Made by a program: the position numbers and the translations under genes. Of a stretch of 64,000 nt of DNA, positions 43,599 through 53,134 are shown in pieces. The stretch is from NCBI GenBank assembly GCA_963809895.1, contig CAWELD010000003.1:2912001-2976000 (forward strand), in the 5' to 3' direction. The notes under the pieces are model-generated. The model was not told the origin of the DNA and did no database searches. It saw only the letters and a program-made list of their open reading frames with translations. Every line of letters begins with the position of its first letter. Position 1 is the stretch's first letter. The stretch is from an uncultured Gemmatimonadales bacterium (GTDB lineage Bacteria; Gemmatimonadota; Gemmatimonadetes; Longimicrobiales; Gaopeijiaceae).

Positions 43599-43960
43599 AC
43601 GAGACGGTCTCCGAGCGACTTCCCCTGAATCCCGACGTCTTCCAGATCCTGCTGGCGCTGGAGGACCGGGAACGCCATGGCTACGCGATCCTGAAGGAGA
43701 TCGAGCGCGCGACCGAGGGTGGGCTCACCCTCTCTCCCTCGCCGTTCTACCGGAAGCTCAAGCGCATGGAGGAAGACGGGCTCCTGGCGGAGGCCGACGA
43801 ACGGCCCGACCCGGAGTTGGACGACGAGCGGCGCCGGTACTATCGCCTTACGAGGCTGGGCCGGGAGATCCTGGAGGCGGAGGCGCTCCGCATCGTTCAG
43901 TTGGCCGGAGAGGAACGCCTCGTCCGCCTCGCTCGAGCCCGTGCCTCGGGCGCCGGGTGA
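43589..43960 (+). CDS. PadR-family transcriptional regulator
   Basis: FQILLALEDRERHGYAI and DDERRRYYRLTRLG motifs. Confidence 0.92.
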   Translation: MVNNETVSERLPLNPDVFQILLALEDRERHGYAILKEIERATEGGLTLSPSPFYRKLKRMEEDGLLAEADERPDPELDDERRRYYRLTRLGREILEAEALRIVQLAGEERLVRLARARASGAG

Positions 43961-46617
43961 TCCTGCGTCTGGCGGGTCTCTGGCTCCGGGGGCTGGTGGC
44001 GCTCTACCCGCCGGGCTTTCGCACCGCCGTCGGGGGCGAGCTCTCACGCCTGCTGCGTGACCAGGCCAGGGATGCGCACCGACGGGGCCCGGGTGCGCTG
44101 GGGTGGTACGTGACACGGGAAACCATCGTGTGTCTCCGGGATGCGGTCCTGGAGTGGCACGCTGCGCTCATGGAGACCGCGAACGGTGAATCGGGAGGTG
44201 GGGTGATGCGGTGGGAAAGCTGGCTACACGATCTGCGGTTGTCGGTCCGGGGACTGCTGAGGCGCCCGGGATACTCGGTCCCGGTGCTCCTGACGCTGGC
44301 GCTGGGGATCGGCGCGAGCACGGCCATGTTCGACGTTCTCCACGGCGTCGTGCTGGCTCCCCTGCCCTATCCCCACCCGGACCGCCTCGTGGAGGTCTTT
44401 CCGGCGGACCCGGATCGCGGGGTACTCTACGTGCCGTTCTCGCTCCCGGACGTGCAGGACTGGGAGGAGCGCTCGCGGACACTGGCGGCCATGGGGGGCT
44501 ACACCACGCTGCCGTCAGACCTGATCCTCACCGGTGGCGCCGACGCCGTCGAGGTGCCCACGGCCTTCGTGACGCCGGGGTTCTTCACGGCGCTCGGCAC
44601 CGAGCCGCAGTTGGGCCGGACCTTCCGCCCGGCCGACGACGACGGGGACAACCGCGTGGTGGTGGTGAGCCACGGATTCTGGCAGCGCCGCTTCGGCAGC
44701 GACCCCTCGGCGGTCGGCCGCACGTTGGAGCTGTCGGGCGGGAGCTACCGGGTCGTGGGGGTGATGCCGCCCGAAGTGGCGTTCCCCGATCCGGACGTCG
44801 ACGTGTGGGTGCTCCTGTCCACCATCCCGGCGTCATCGATCCCACTCCAGATCCGGGGTGTGCGCCTGCTTCAGGCCATCGCACGCCTGGCTCCGGGCGT
44901 GACGCTGGACGATGCCAGGGGCGAGCTGTCGAGCATCGCCGCCGACCTCGCCGCGACCTATCCCGACTCCAACGAGCGCGTGCCAGGGGCCACGGTGCGC
45001 CCCCTCCGTGAGGGCCTGGTGGGCGATGTCGCGGGGGCTCTGAGGCTCCTCATGGCGGCCGGGGCCGTCATCCTCCTCATCATGTGCGCGAACCTGGCCA
45101 ACCTCGCCCTGGTGAGGGAGACCCGCAGGGCGCCCGACATGGCCGTGCGCAGCGCCCTCGGCGCCAGCCGGCGGCAGCGCGTGATGGGGGTCCTGACGGA
45201 GAACCTCGTGCTCGCGGTGGTCGGGGGAGCGTTGGGTCTGGCCCTGGCGGTCTGGGGCACCGACCTGCTCATGGCCCGGAGCGCCCAAACGCTCCCCCGG
45301 GCCGGCGAGGTGGGGCTCGACTGGACGGTCGGGGGCTTCGCGCTGCTGGTTTCGCTGGCGGCGGGATTCGCCTTCGCCCTGATTCCGGGCCTCCGGGCCG
45401 GGGGCACCGACCTCTCCCTGGCGCTCCGCGAGGGTGGGCAGCGCGCCACGGGTCGGGGGGGTGGCGCACTGGTGGCATCGCAGGTCGCCCTGGCGGTGGT
45501 CCTCCTCGTGGGCGCAGGGCTCCTCGCCCGCAGCCTGGCGGCGCTGGGCCGGGTGGATCCCGGCTTCGATCCGGAGGGGCTCGTGGTGGCCGCCATCAAC
45601 TTCCCCTCGTCCCGATACCCGGACCGACCGGCCTACCTGGCGCGTTACGACGCGACGCTCGAGGGCCTCCAGGCCCTTCCCGGTGTGGCGAGCGCGGCCT
45701 CCATCCGGCGCTTCCCCTTCCGTGGAGAGGGCGAAGCGATGCGCTGGAGGGTGCCGGACGATCCGCAGAGCCCTGAAGACGGGCTCGAGGGCTCACTGCT
45801 GCAGGTGAGCTCGGGAATCTTCGCCACCCTGGACGTTCCCTTCCTCGAGGGCGGCACGTTCTCGGCGATCGACGATCGGGACGGGCGCTCCGTGGTGGTC
45901 GTGAACCGGACCCTCGCCCGCGCCGCCTTCGGGTCGGGGCCGGCGGTCGGACGCTACGTGGACATCGGCCTCGAGGAGCCGCTGGAAGTGGTGGGCGTCG
46001 TGGACGATCTCCGCCAGCAGAGCCTGGTGGACGAAGTTCCGCCGACCTTCTATGTGCCCGAGCACTTGAACCCACGCCGCGGCGCCGCCTTCGTCCTGCG
46101 CACGTCGGACGGAGTCGAGGGCGTGCTCCGAGGCGTGCGCGACCTGGTCCGGACTCAGGACCCCGACCAGCCCATCACCGAGCTCACCACCGCGTCGGCG
46201 GTCCTGAGCCGCGAGCTCGCCCGTCCGCGCTTCTTCGCGCTCCTGCTCACGCTCTTCGCCGTCCTGGCACTGGCACTGTGCGCCGTGGGCGTGTACGGCG
46301 TCGTCTCCTTCGGCGTGTCGCGCCGGCGGCGCGAGATGGGGATTCGCATGGCGGTGGGAGCCAGCGGCCGCGATGTGGTGGTGGAGGTCGTGCGCGGAGG
46401 ACTGAGGCCCCTGCTCGTGGGGATCGTCGCCGGTGGTGCCGTGGCCCTGTTCGCGGTCCGGAGCATGGAGGCGCTGTTGTACGGGGTGGGGCTCTACGAC
46501 CCTCTCGCCTACGCGACCGGCGTGCTGATCATCGGTGCCGTGGGCCTGGCGGCATGCTCCATCCCGGCGCTGCGAGCCGCGCGTACGCGCCCCGTGGAGG
46601 TTCTGACGGAAGCGTAG
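43957..46617 (+). CDS. ADOP-type duplicated MacB/FtsX ABC permease
   Basis: [51 protein letters not shown] overlap with padR. Confidence 0.92.
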   Translation: MILRLAGLWLRGLVALYPPGFRTAVGGELSRLLRDQARDAHRRGPGALGWYVTRETIVCLRDAVLEWHAALMETANGESGGGVMRWESWLHDLRLSVRGLLRRPGYSVPVLLTLALGIGASTAMFDVLHGVVLAPLPYPHPDRLVEVFPADPDRGVLYVPFSLPDVQDWEERSRTLAAMGGYTTLPSDLILTGGADAVEVPTAFVTPGFFTALGTEPQLGRTFRPADDDGDNRVVVVSHGFWQRRFGSDPSAVGRTLELSGGSYRVVGVMPPEVAFPDPDVDVWVLLSTIPASSIPLQIRGVRLLQAIARLAPGVTLDDARGELSSIAADLAATYPDSNERVPGATVRPLREGLVGDVAGALRLLMAAGAVILLIMCANLANLALVRETRRAPDMAVRSALGASRRQRVMGVLTENLVLAVVGGALGLALAVWGTDLLMARSAQTLPRAGEVGLDWTVGGFALLVSLAAGFAFALIPGLRAGGTDLSLALREGGQRATGRGGGALVASQVALAVVLLVGAGLLARSLAALGRVDPGFDPEGLVVAAINFPSSRYPDRPAYLARYDATLEGLQALPGVASAASIRRFPFRGEGEAMRWRVPDDPQSPEDGLEGSLLQVSSGIFATLDVPFLEGGTFSAIDDRDGRSVVVVNRTLARAAFGSGPAVGRYVDIGLEEPLEVVGVVDDLRQQSLVDEVPPTFYVPEHLNPRRGAAFVLRTSDGVEGVLRGVRDLVRTQDPDQPITELTTASAVLSRELARPRFFALLLTLFAVLALALCAVGVYGVVSFGVSRRRREMGIRMAVGASGRDVVVEVVRGGLRPLLVGIVAGGAVALFAVRSMEALLYGVGLYDPLAYATGVLIIGAVGLAACSIPALRAARTRPVEVLTEA

Positions 46618-46702
46618 GCGCTCGTATGCGGTCGGTGACGTTGCGGCTCACGGCGGGACGGGCCAGGATGCGGGGCGTGGCCCACGCACTCCGGGAGAGC
46701 CC

Positions 46703-49381
46703 ATGAATCGCGCCCTCATCGTCGCACTCCTCGGTCTGGCCAGCGCTGTGGGCTGCACGTCGCCACGCACTCCCGCTCCCGCAGACGCCCAGACGGTACG
46801 GCCCGGGGGGACGCCCGCCGGCGCACCTCCGGCCTACCGGAACCTCTCGCTGCCGGTGGAGGCACGCGCACGGGATCTGGTGGGACGCATGACCCTCGAG
46901 GAGAAGGTCTCCCAGACCCGCTATGACGCGCCGGCGATCGCCCGTCTGGAAATCCCCGCCTACAACTGGTGGAGCGAGGCGCTCCACGGCGTGGCCCGGG
47001 CCGGCAAGGCCACGGTCTTTCCGCAGGCCATCGGACTGGCGGCGACCTTCGACGACTCCCTGGTCCTCGCCGTCGCGCGTGCCACCGCCGACGAAGCTCG
47101 CGCGAAACACGCCGCGTTCGTGAGCCGGGGGCTTCGGGACATCAACCAGGGGCTCACCTTCTTCACCCCCAACATCAACATCTTCCGGGATCCCCGCTGG
47201 GGGCGCGGCCAGGAGACCTTCGGCGAGGACCCCTTCCTCACCGCGCGCATGGGCGTGGCCTTCGTGCGCGGCCTGCAGGGGGACGACCCGCGCTGGCTCG
47301 AGACCCTGGCCACGGCGAAGCACTACGCCGTGCACAACGGGCCCGAGCCCGAGCGGCACGAGATGAACATGGAGCCCAGTGAGCAGGACCTGTGGGCCAC
47401 CTACCTGCCGGCGTTCCAGGCCACGGTGCAGGAAGCCGGGGTGGCGTCGGTCATGTGCGCCTACAGCGCCTTCCGGGGTCTGCCGGACTGCGCGAACGAT
47501 GCCCTGCTGGGAGACATCCTGCGAGATCGCTGGGGCTTCCGGGGCTACGTGGTGAGCGATTGCTGGGCGCTGAACGACTTCTACAAGACCCACGGCTTCA
47601 CGCGAACGCAGGTGGAGGCCGCGGCGCTGGCGCTCAGGGCGGGCACGGATCTGAACTGTGGGGATTCCTATCCGAAGCTCGTCGACGCGGTCCGGAGCGG
47701 GCTCGTGGACGAGGGCGCGGTGGATCGGGCCGTGGTGCGCCTCATGGAGGCCCGGCTCCGTCTGGGCCTCTTCCAGGAGCCCGGCGCCCTGCCCTGGGAC
47801 ACGATCCCCTACGATGTCGTGGCCGGGCCTCGCCATGGCGCCCTGGCGCTGGAGGCGGCGCGCAAGTCCCTGGTGCTCCTCAAGAACGACGGAGTGCTCC
47901 CCTTCGAGGGCGATCCCGGTACCGTCGCCGTGCTGGGACCCGACGCCCGGGCCTACGACGTGCTGGTCAGCGAGTACAACGGGACGCCGCGGTCGCCGAG
48001 TTATCCCGTGGACGCCATCCGCGCCCGTGCAGAAGCCGCAGGCGGGCGGGTGCTCTTCGCGGAAGGGAGCGAGCTCGCCCGGGGAGTGCCGCGGCTCACC
48101 ACGATCCCGTCCAGCGCGCTCACACCCGCCAGTGGCCCCGGCGGCGGACTCCGGGGCGAGTACTTCGCAGGTGCCGCCTTCGACAGCGGTCCCCATCTCA
48201 CCCGCCTGGACTCCGTGGTGGACTTCACCTGGCTCGACGACACGCCCGTCAGCGGTCTCCTGGCCGATACGTTCTCGGTTCGCTGGGCCGGATTCCTCAC
48301 CCCACCCGAGTCGGGAGACTATCGGATCGGCCTGACGGCGATGACCGGCGCCCGGATGTGGTTCCAGGACACGCTCAGGCTCGAGTTCCAGGACCGCTTC
48401 GTGCCCCCCACGCGGTCTTTCGACGCGCACCTCGAAGCGGGCATGTCGTATCGCCTCCGCATCGAGTACCGGAACTCGGGTCCCAATCCCGAGGCCCATC
48501 TGGAATGGACCCGGCTCGACCGGGACAGGCGCGCGGAGGCGCTGGCGGCCGTGCGTGCCGCGGACCGGGTCGTCCTGGTGCTGGGCCTGTCCCCGAACCT
48601 GGAGGGTGAGGAGAACGACGTGGGCGTGCCGGGCTTTCAGGGCGGAGACCGGACCACGCTGTCGTTGCCGGCCCCTCAGGAGGAGCTGCTCCGCGACGTA
48701 GTGACGTTGGGCAAGCCCACCGTGCTGGTGTTGGCCTCGGGAAGCGCGCTGGCCGTGCCGTGGGCGGCGGAGAACGTCGATGCGATCCTGCAGGCGTGGT
48801 ACCCGGGTGAGGCCGGAGGCCGGGCCATCGCCGACGTTCTCTTCGGCGATGCGGTACCGGCAGGCCGGCTACCGGTGACCCTGTACCGATCCGTGGAGGA
48901 TCTCCCAGACTTCGCCGACTACTCCATGGATGGTCGCACGTATCGGTACTTCCGGGGCGAGCCGCTCTACCCGTTCGGCTACGGGCTCAGCTACACGACG
49001 TTCGGCTATTCGGGGCTGCGGGTTCCCGACACTCTTTCCGGCAACCCGTCCGACACGCTGTGGGTGGACGTCACGAATTCCGGCAACCGCGCCGCCGACG
49101 AGGTCGTACAGCTCTACGTGGAGCATCCCGACGCGCCCTTCCGCGTACCGGTTCGGGAGCTCAGGGGCTTCCGCCGCGTCCATCTCGCGCCGGGAGACAC
49201 CCGAACCGTCGGCTTCGCGCTGGACCGGTCGGTGCTCGGCGTGGTCGATCCCCAGGGCCGCAGCGTCGTGCTCCAGGGTGACGTGATCCTGTCCGTCGGC
49301 GGACAACAGCCCGGGCAGGAGGGGCGGCTGCGCGCTTCGACCACTCAGGTGTTGAGCGCCAGAGCCCGGGTGACGCGCTGA
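46703..49381 (+). CDS. GH3 beta-xylosidase/glucosidase with PA14 insert and Fn3-like domain, lipoprotein
   Basis: WWSEALHG, NIFRDPRWGRGQET, KHYAVH, VMCAY, nucleophile VVSDCWA, PA14 FSVRWAG, YPFGYGLSY. Confidence 0.93.
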   Translation: MNRALIVALLGLASAVGCTSPRTPAPADAQTVRPGGTPAGAPPAYRNLSLPVEARARDLVGRMTLEEKVSQTRYDAPAIARLEIPAYNWWSEALHGVARAGKATVFPQAIGLAATFDDSLVLAVARATADEARAKHAAFVSRGLRDINQGLTFFTPNINIFRDPRWGRGQETFGEDPFLTARMGVAFVRGLQGDDPRWLETLATAKHYAVHNGPEPERHEMNMEPSEQDLWATYLPAFQATVQEAGVASVMCAYSAFRGLPDCANDALLGDILRDRWGFRGYVVSDCWALNDFYKTHGFTRTQVEAAALALRAGTDLNCGDSYPKLVDAVRSGLVDEGAVDRAVVRLMEARLRLGLFQEPGALPWDTIPYDVVAGPRHGALALEAARKSLVLLKNDGVLPFEGDPGTVAVLGPDARAYDVLVSEYNGTPRSPSYPVDAIRARAEAAGGRVLFAEGSELARGVPRLTTIPSSALTPASGPGGGLRGEYFAGAAFDSGPHLTRLDSVVDFTWLDDTPVSGLLADTFSVRWAGFLTPPESGDYRIGLTAMTGARMWFQDTLRLEFQDRFVPPTRSFDAHLEAGMSYRLRIEYRNSGPNPEAHLEWTRLDRDRRAEALAAVRAADRVVLVLGLSPNLEGEENDVGVPGFQGGDRTTLSLPAPQEELLRDVVTLGKPTVLVLASGSALAVPWAAENVDAILQAWYPGEAGGRAIADVLFGDAVPAGRLPVTLYRSVEDLPDFADYSMDGRTYRYFRGEPLYPFGYGLSYTTFGYSGLRVPDTLSGNPSDTLWVDVTNSGNRAADEVVQLYVEHPDAPFRVPVRELRGFRRVHLAPGDTRTVGFALDRSVLGVVDPQGRSVVLQGDVILSVGGQQPGQEGRLRASTTQVLSARARVTR

Positions 49382-49593
49382 CGCAGGCGCAGCCTCCGCC
49401 ACCGGCTCCAGACCCCGCCACTGGTCGAAGAGATCGTCGCGAAAGGCCAGGCGCTCCGGCCCTGCGAGTCATGGACCTCCGAGCGTATTTCAGATAGCGT
49501 TCGGGACCTTACCGGTCGGCCCCGCGGCTTCGGCCTCCGGACGCGGCGGCGGCCGAGCCCGCTACACCGGTTTCGACCGTCAAGGAGAGGATC

Positions 49594-52500
49594 ATGCTTC
49601 CGTCCCGTTCGAGGGCGAGCATCGTACTATACCTGCTGGCGCTGGCTACCCTGCTCTCCGCGGCGCCCGCCGCGGCCCAGACGAAGCTCCTGCGCTTCCC
49701 CGACATCCACGGCGACCGCGTCGTGTTCACCTACGCCGGCGACCTGTGGACCGCGTCGGCCGACGGGGGCACGGCCACCCGCCTCACCGCGCATCCGGGA
49801 CTGGAGCTGTTCGCCAGGTTCTCGCCCGACGGTCGCTGGATCGCCTTCACGGGCCAGTACGACGGCGACGAGCAGGTCTACGTGATTCCCGCCAGCGGCG
49901 GCGAGCCCCGGCAACTCACCTTCTACCCGGCGCAGGGTCCGCTTCCTCCCCGCTGGGGCTACGACAACCAGGTGTACGGGTGGACCCCCGACGGCACCGC
50001 GGTCCTCTTCCGCACGCTGCGCGACGGCTGGGACCTGGGCGACAACCGTCTGTACACGGTGCCCGCCGACGGTGGACTGCCCACGTCGCTACCCATGCCC
50101 CAATCGGGAGCCGGCGACCTGTCCCCCGACGGCCGGCGCATCGTCTACTCGCCGCTCTTCCGGGATTTTCGCGCCTGGAAGCGCTATCAGGGTGGATGGG
50201 CGGAGGACCTGTGGGTGTTCGACCTGGCCACCCACGATGCGCGCAACATCACCAACAACGTTCGCACCGACCGCGACCCCATGTGGATCGGGGACCGCAT
50301 CTACTTCGCCTCCGATCGCGACGACAAGCTCAACCTCTACTCGGTGGCCACCGACGGCAGCGACCTGCAGCAACTCACGCACGAGACCACCTGGGACGTG
50401 CGTTGGCCCAGCGCCGACGAGAACGGCCGGATCGTCTACGAGCTGGGGGGTGCGCTGCACGTGCTGGACACGGGCTCCGGCGCGGACCGGACCCTGGAGA
50501 TCACGGTCCCCGATGACCAGCTGGCAGCCCGGCCCCATCACGAGGCGCTCGCAGGCTACATCGAGGATGCAGGGCTGAGCCCGGACGGGAAACGGGCAGT
50601 CTTCGTGGCTCGTGGCGATATCTTCACGGCCCCTCAGGAGTACGGGCCGACACGCAACCTGACCCACAGCTCGTCGGCACACGACAAAGGCGCCCGCTGG
50701 TCTCCCGATGGCAGCAAGATCGCCTTCATCTCGGACATGAGCGGCGAGGAGGAGCTCTACCTCATCGACCAGGACGGGAGTGGGGAGCCGGAACGCCTGA
50801 CCACCGACGGATCCATGATGCGCTACACCCCCACCTGGTCGCCCGACGGCTCCCGTCTGGCGTTCTCGGACAAGGACGGTCGGCTCTGGTCACTGGAGGT
50901 GGCCAACCACCGGCTGACGCAGGTGGCCCGGGACTCGGCGGGGAGCGTGAGCGACCAGACGTGGTCACCGGATAGCCGCTGGCTGACCTTCAGCCTCTCT
51001 CATCCCAGCGGATTCCGCTCGGTGTACGTGTGGAACGTCGAGGACGGCTCGCTGCATGCAGTGACCGACCCGCTCTCCAATTCGTACGAGCCCGTGTTCG
51101 GGACCGAGGGCCACTACCTCTTCTTCCTGAGCGACCGGGAGTACGCACCGCAGGTCAGCACCCTGGAGTGGGACTACGCCACGGACCGCACCACCGGCAT
51201 CTTCGCCCTCGCCCTGAACACCGATGCGCCGGCGCTCTTCCCGCCCCGGAGCGACGAGGCGAACCAAGACGATCAGGCCAGCGGTGGCGCCACAGCCACC
51301 GAAGGCGACCAGGCGGAAGCCCAGGATTCGGGCCAGGCCCACGTCAACATCGACTTCGACGGCATCGGCGCGCGCATCATCCGCGTACCGGTCACCCCGG
51401 ACAACTACAGCGGCCTCAACGCCGTGAAGGGCAACCTGCTGTACATGAAGACCGGCCCGTTTTTCTACGGCCGCTCGTCGGGCCAGCAGCCCGACCTGAT
51501 GATCTTCAACCTGAAGGACCGCAAGGCCACGACCCTCGCGGCAGGCGCGGCGGGCTACACCGTGTCACCGGACGGGAGCAAGCTCCTGGTCATCCAGGGA
51601 GGAGCGTTCCGGCTCCTCGATCCCAGGCCCGGTGCCAGCTCCACGCAGAGCGTGTCCACCGACGGCCTGCAGGCGGAGATCGATCCGCGGCAGGAGTGGG
51701 CGGAGATCTTCGACGAGGTGTGGCGCCGGTTCCGGGACTTCTTCTACGTGCCGAACATGAACGGCTACGACTGGCAGGCCATTCGCGACCGGTACGAACC
51801 GTTGCTTCAGTACGTCGGCCACCGCTCGGACCTGGACTACATCCTCAACGAGATGATCGCCGAGCTGAGCAACTCCCACACCTACATCGCCGGCGGTGAC
51901 TACGAGATCCCGGACCGACCCGACGTCGCGCTACCCGGCGCCCGTTTCGAACTCGATTCCGCCACTGGACGCTATCGCATCGCCAAGATCTTCGAGGGCG
52001 ACAACGCCGAGCCCACGTACCGCTCGCCCCTCACCCAGGTGGGGGTGGACGCCCATGTCGGCGACTATGTCCTGGCCATCGACGGACGGGAGCTCACCGC
52101 CTCGGACAACCCGTACGACCTGCTGCAGTACAAGGGCGGCCATGCCGTAACCCTGTCGCTCAACGACCGCCCCACCACGGAGGGCGCCCGCCAGGTGACG
52201 TACGATCCTGTCTCGAGCGAGACCAAGCTGGTCTACAAGGCATGGGTGGACGCCAACCGGCGCAGGGTCGATGAGATGACCGACGGTCGGATCGGATATC
52301 TCCACGTCCCCGACATGGGGGCCGACGGTTTGAGCGAGTTCATCAAGTGGTATTACCCGCAGGTGCGGAAGGAAGGGCTCATCATCGACGACCGGGGCAA
52401 CGGAGGCGGCAACGTCTCCTCCATGCTCATCGAGCGCCTGAGCCGCACGCTCCTGGCCGCCGGCTACTCACGCAACAGCGACTACCCCAGCACGTACCCC

Positions 52501-52914
52501 CGGGGCCCGGTCTTCTACGGCTCGTTGGTGACCCTGCTCAACGAGACCTCGGCCTCCGACGGCGACATCTTCCCGGCCATGTTCAAACAGGCCGGCCTCG
52601 GCCCCCTCATCGGCAAGCGCTCCTGGGGCGGCGTCACCGGGATCACGAGCCACGGTCCCCTCATCGACGGTGGCACGGTGAACGTGCCCGAATTCGGCTT
52701 CGTCAGCGTCGACGGACAGTGGGTCATCGAAGGCCACGGCGTGGAGCCGGACATCGAGGTCGACAACGACCCCGCCTCGGTGCTCGAGGGGCGGGATCCC
52801 CAGCTCGAGCGCGCGGTCCAGGAGATCCTGCGCATGATCCAGGAAAACCCCAAGGAGCTGCCCTCACGCCCGGCGCCGCCGGTGCGGGCGCCCGGAGGCG
52901 GCGGCGGCCGATAG
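49594..52914 (+). CDS. Tricorn-like S41 protease (PD40 propellers, PDZ, S41)
   Basis: LLRFPDIHGD, RYQGG, FSPDG repeats, GYLHVPDM, DDRGNGGG, catalytic ASDGD, RSWGG, EGHGVEPDI. Confidence 0.95.
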   Translation: MLPSRSRASIVLYLLALATLLSAAPAAAQTKLLRFPDIHGDRVVFTYAGDLWTASADGGTATRLTAHPGLELFARFSPDGRWIAFTGQYDGDEQVYVIPASGGEPRQLTFYPAQGPLPPRWGYDNQVYGWTPDGTAVLFRTLRDGWDLGDNRLYTVPADGGLPTSLPMPQSGAGDLSPDGRRIVYSPLFRDFRAWKRYQGGWAEDLWVFDLATHDARNITNNVRTDRDPMWIGDRIYFASDRDDKLNLYSVATDGSDLQQLTHETTWDVRWPSADENGRIVYELGGALHVLDTGSGADRTLEITVPDDQLAARPHHEALAGYIEDAGLSPDGKRAVFVARGDIFTAPQEYGPTRNLTHSSSAHDKGARWSPDGSKIAFISDMSGEEELYLIDQDGSGEPERLTTDGSMMRYTPTWSPDGSRLAFSDKDGRLWSLEVANHRLTQVARDSAGSVSDQTWSPDSRWLTFSLSHPSGFRSVYVWNVEDGSLHAVTDPLSNSYEPVFGTEGHYLFFLSDREYAPQVSTLEWDYATDRTTGIFALALNTDAPALFPPRSDEANQDDQASGGATATEGDQAEAQDSGQAHVNIDFDGIGARIIRVPVTPDNYSGLNAVKGNLLYMKTGPFFYGRSSGQQPDLMIFNLKDRKATTLAAGAAGYTVSPDGSKLLVIQGGAFRLLDPRPGASSTQSVSTDGLQAEIDPRQEWAEIFDEVWRRFRDFFYVPNMNGYDWQAIRDRYEPLLQYVGHRSDLDYILNEMIAELSNSHTYIAGGDYEIPDRPDVALPGARFELDSATGRYRIAKIFEGDNAEPTYRSPLTQVGVDAHVGDYVLAIDGRELTASDNPYDLLQYKGGHAVTLSLNDRPTTEGARQVTYDPVSSETKLVYKAWVDANRRRVDEMTDGRIGYLHVPDMGADGLSEFIKWYYPQVRKEGLIIDDRGNGGGNVSSMLIERLSRTLLAAGYSRNSDYPSTYPRGPVFYGSLVTLLNETSASDGDIFPAMFKQAGLGPLIGKRSWGGVTGITSHGPLIDGGTVNVPEFGFVSVDGQWVIEGHGVEPDIEVDNDPASVLEGRDPQLERAVQEILRMIQENPKELPSRPAPPVRAPGGGGGR

Positions 52915-53041
52915 CGGAATCCCCGAGACCGACGCACTCGGGGAGCCCATGACCGAGGTCCGGGGCGAGAGCGGCCGCACGGGATCCCTCCGGAACCAGT
53001 AGCGCCATCGGCTTCGCGAGGCGCGGCATCCCCTCGCTGCG

Positions 53042-53070
53042 TGAGACGCCTCTGAGACGCGTGTGAGACG
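53042..53070 (+). promoter_or_regulatory. Three TGAGACG heptamer direct repeats at an 11-bp period
   Basis: Copies at 53042, 53053 and 53064, ending 64 nt before the ATG at 53135. Confidence 0.55.
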
Positions 53071-53134
53071 GCCTCGCACCAGTTGCATTGGGGACGAGCG
53101 ACCCATCCGGTTCCTTCTCGGAGCGAGGCGAGGC

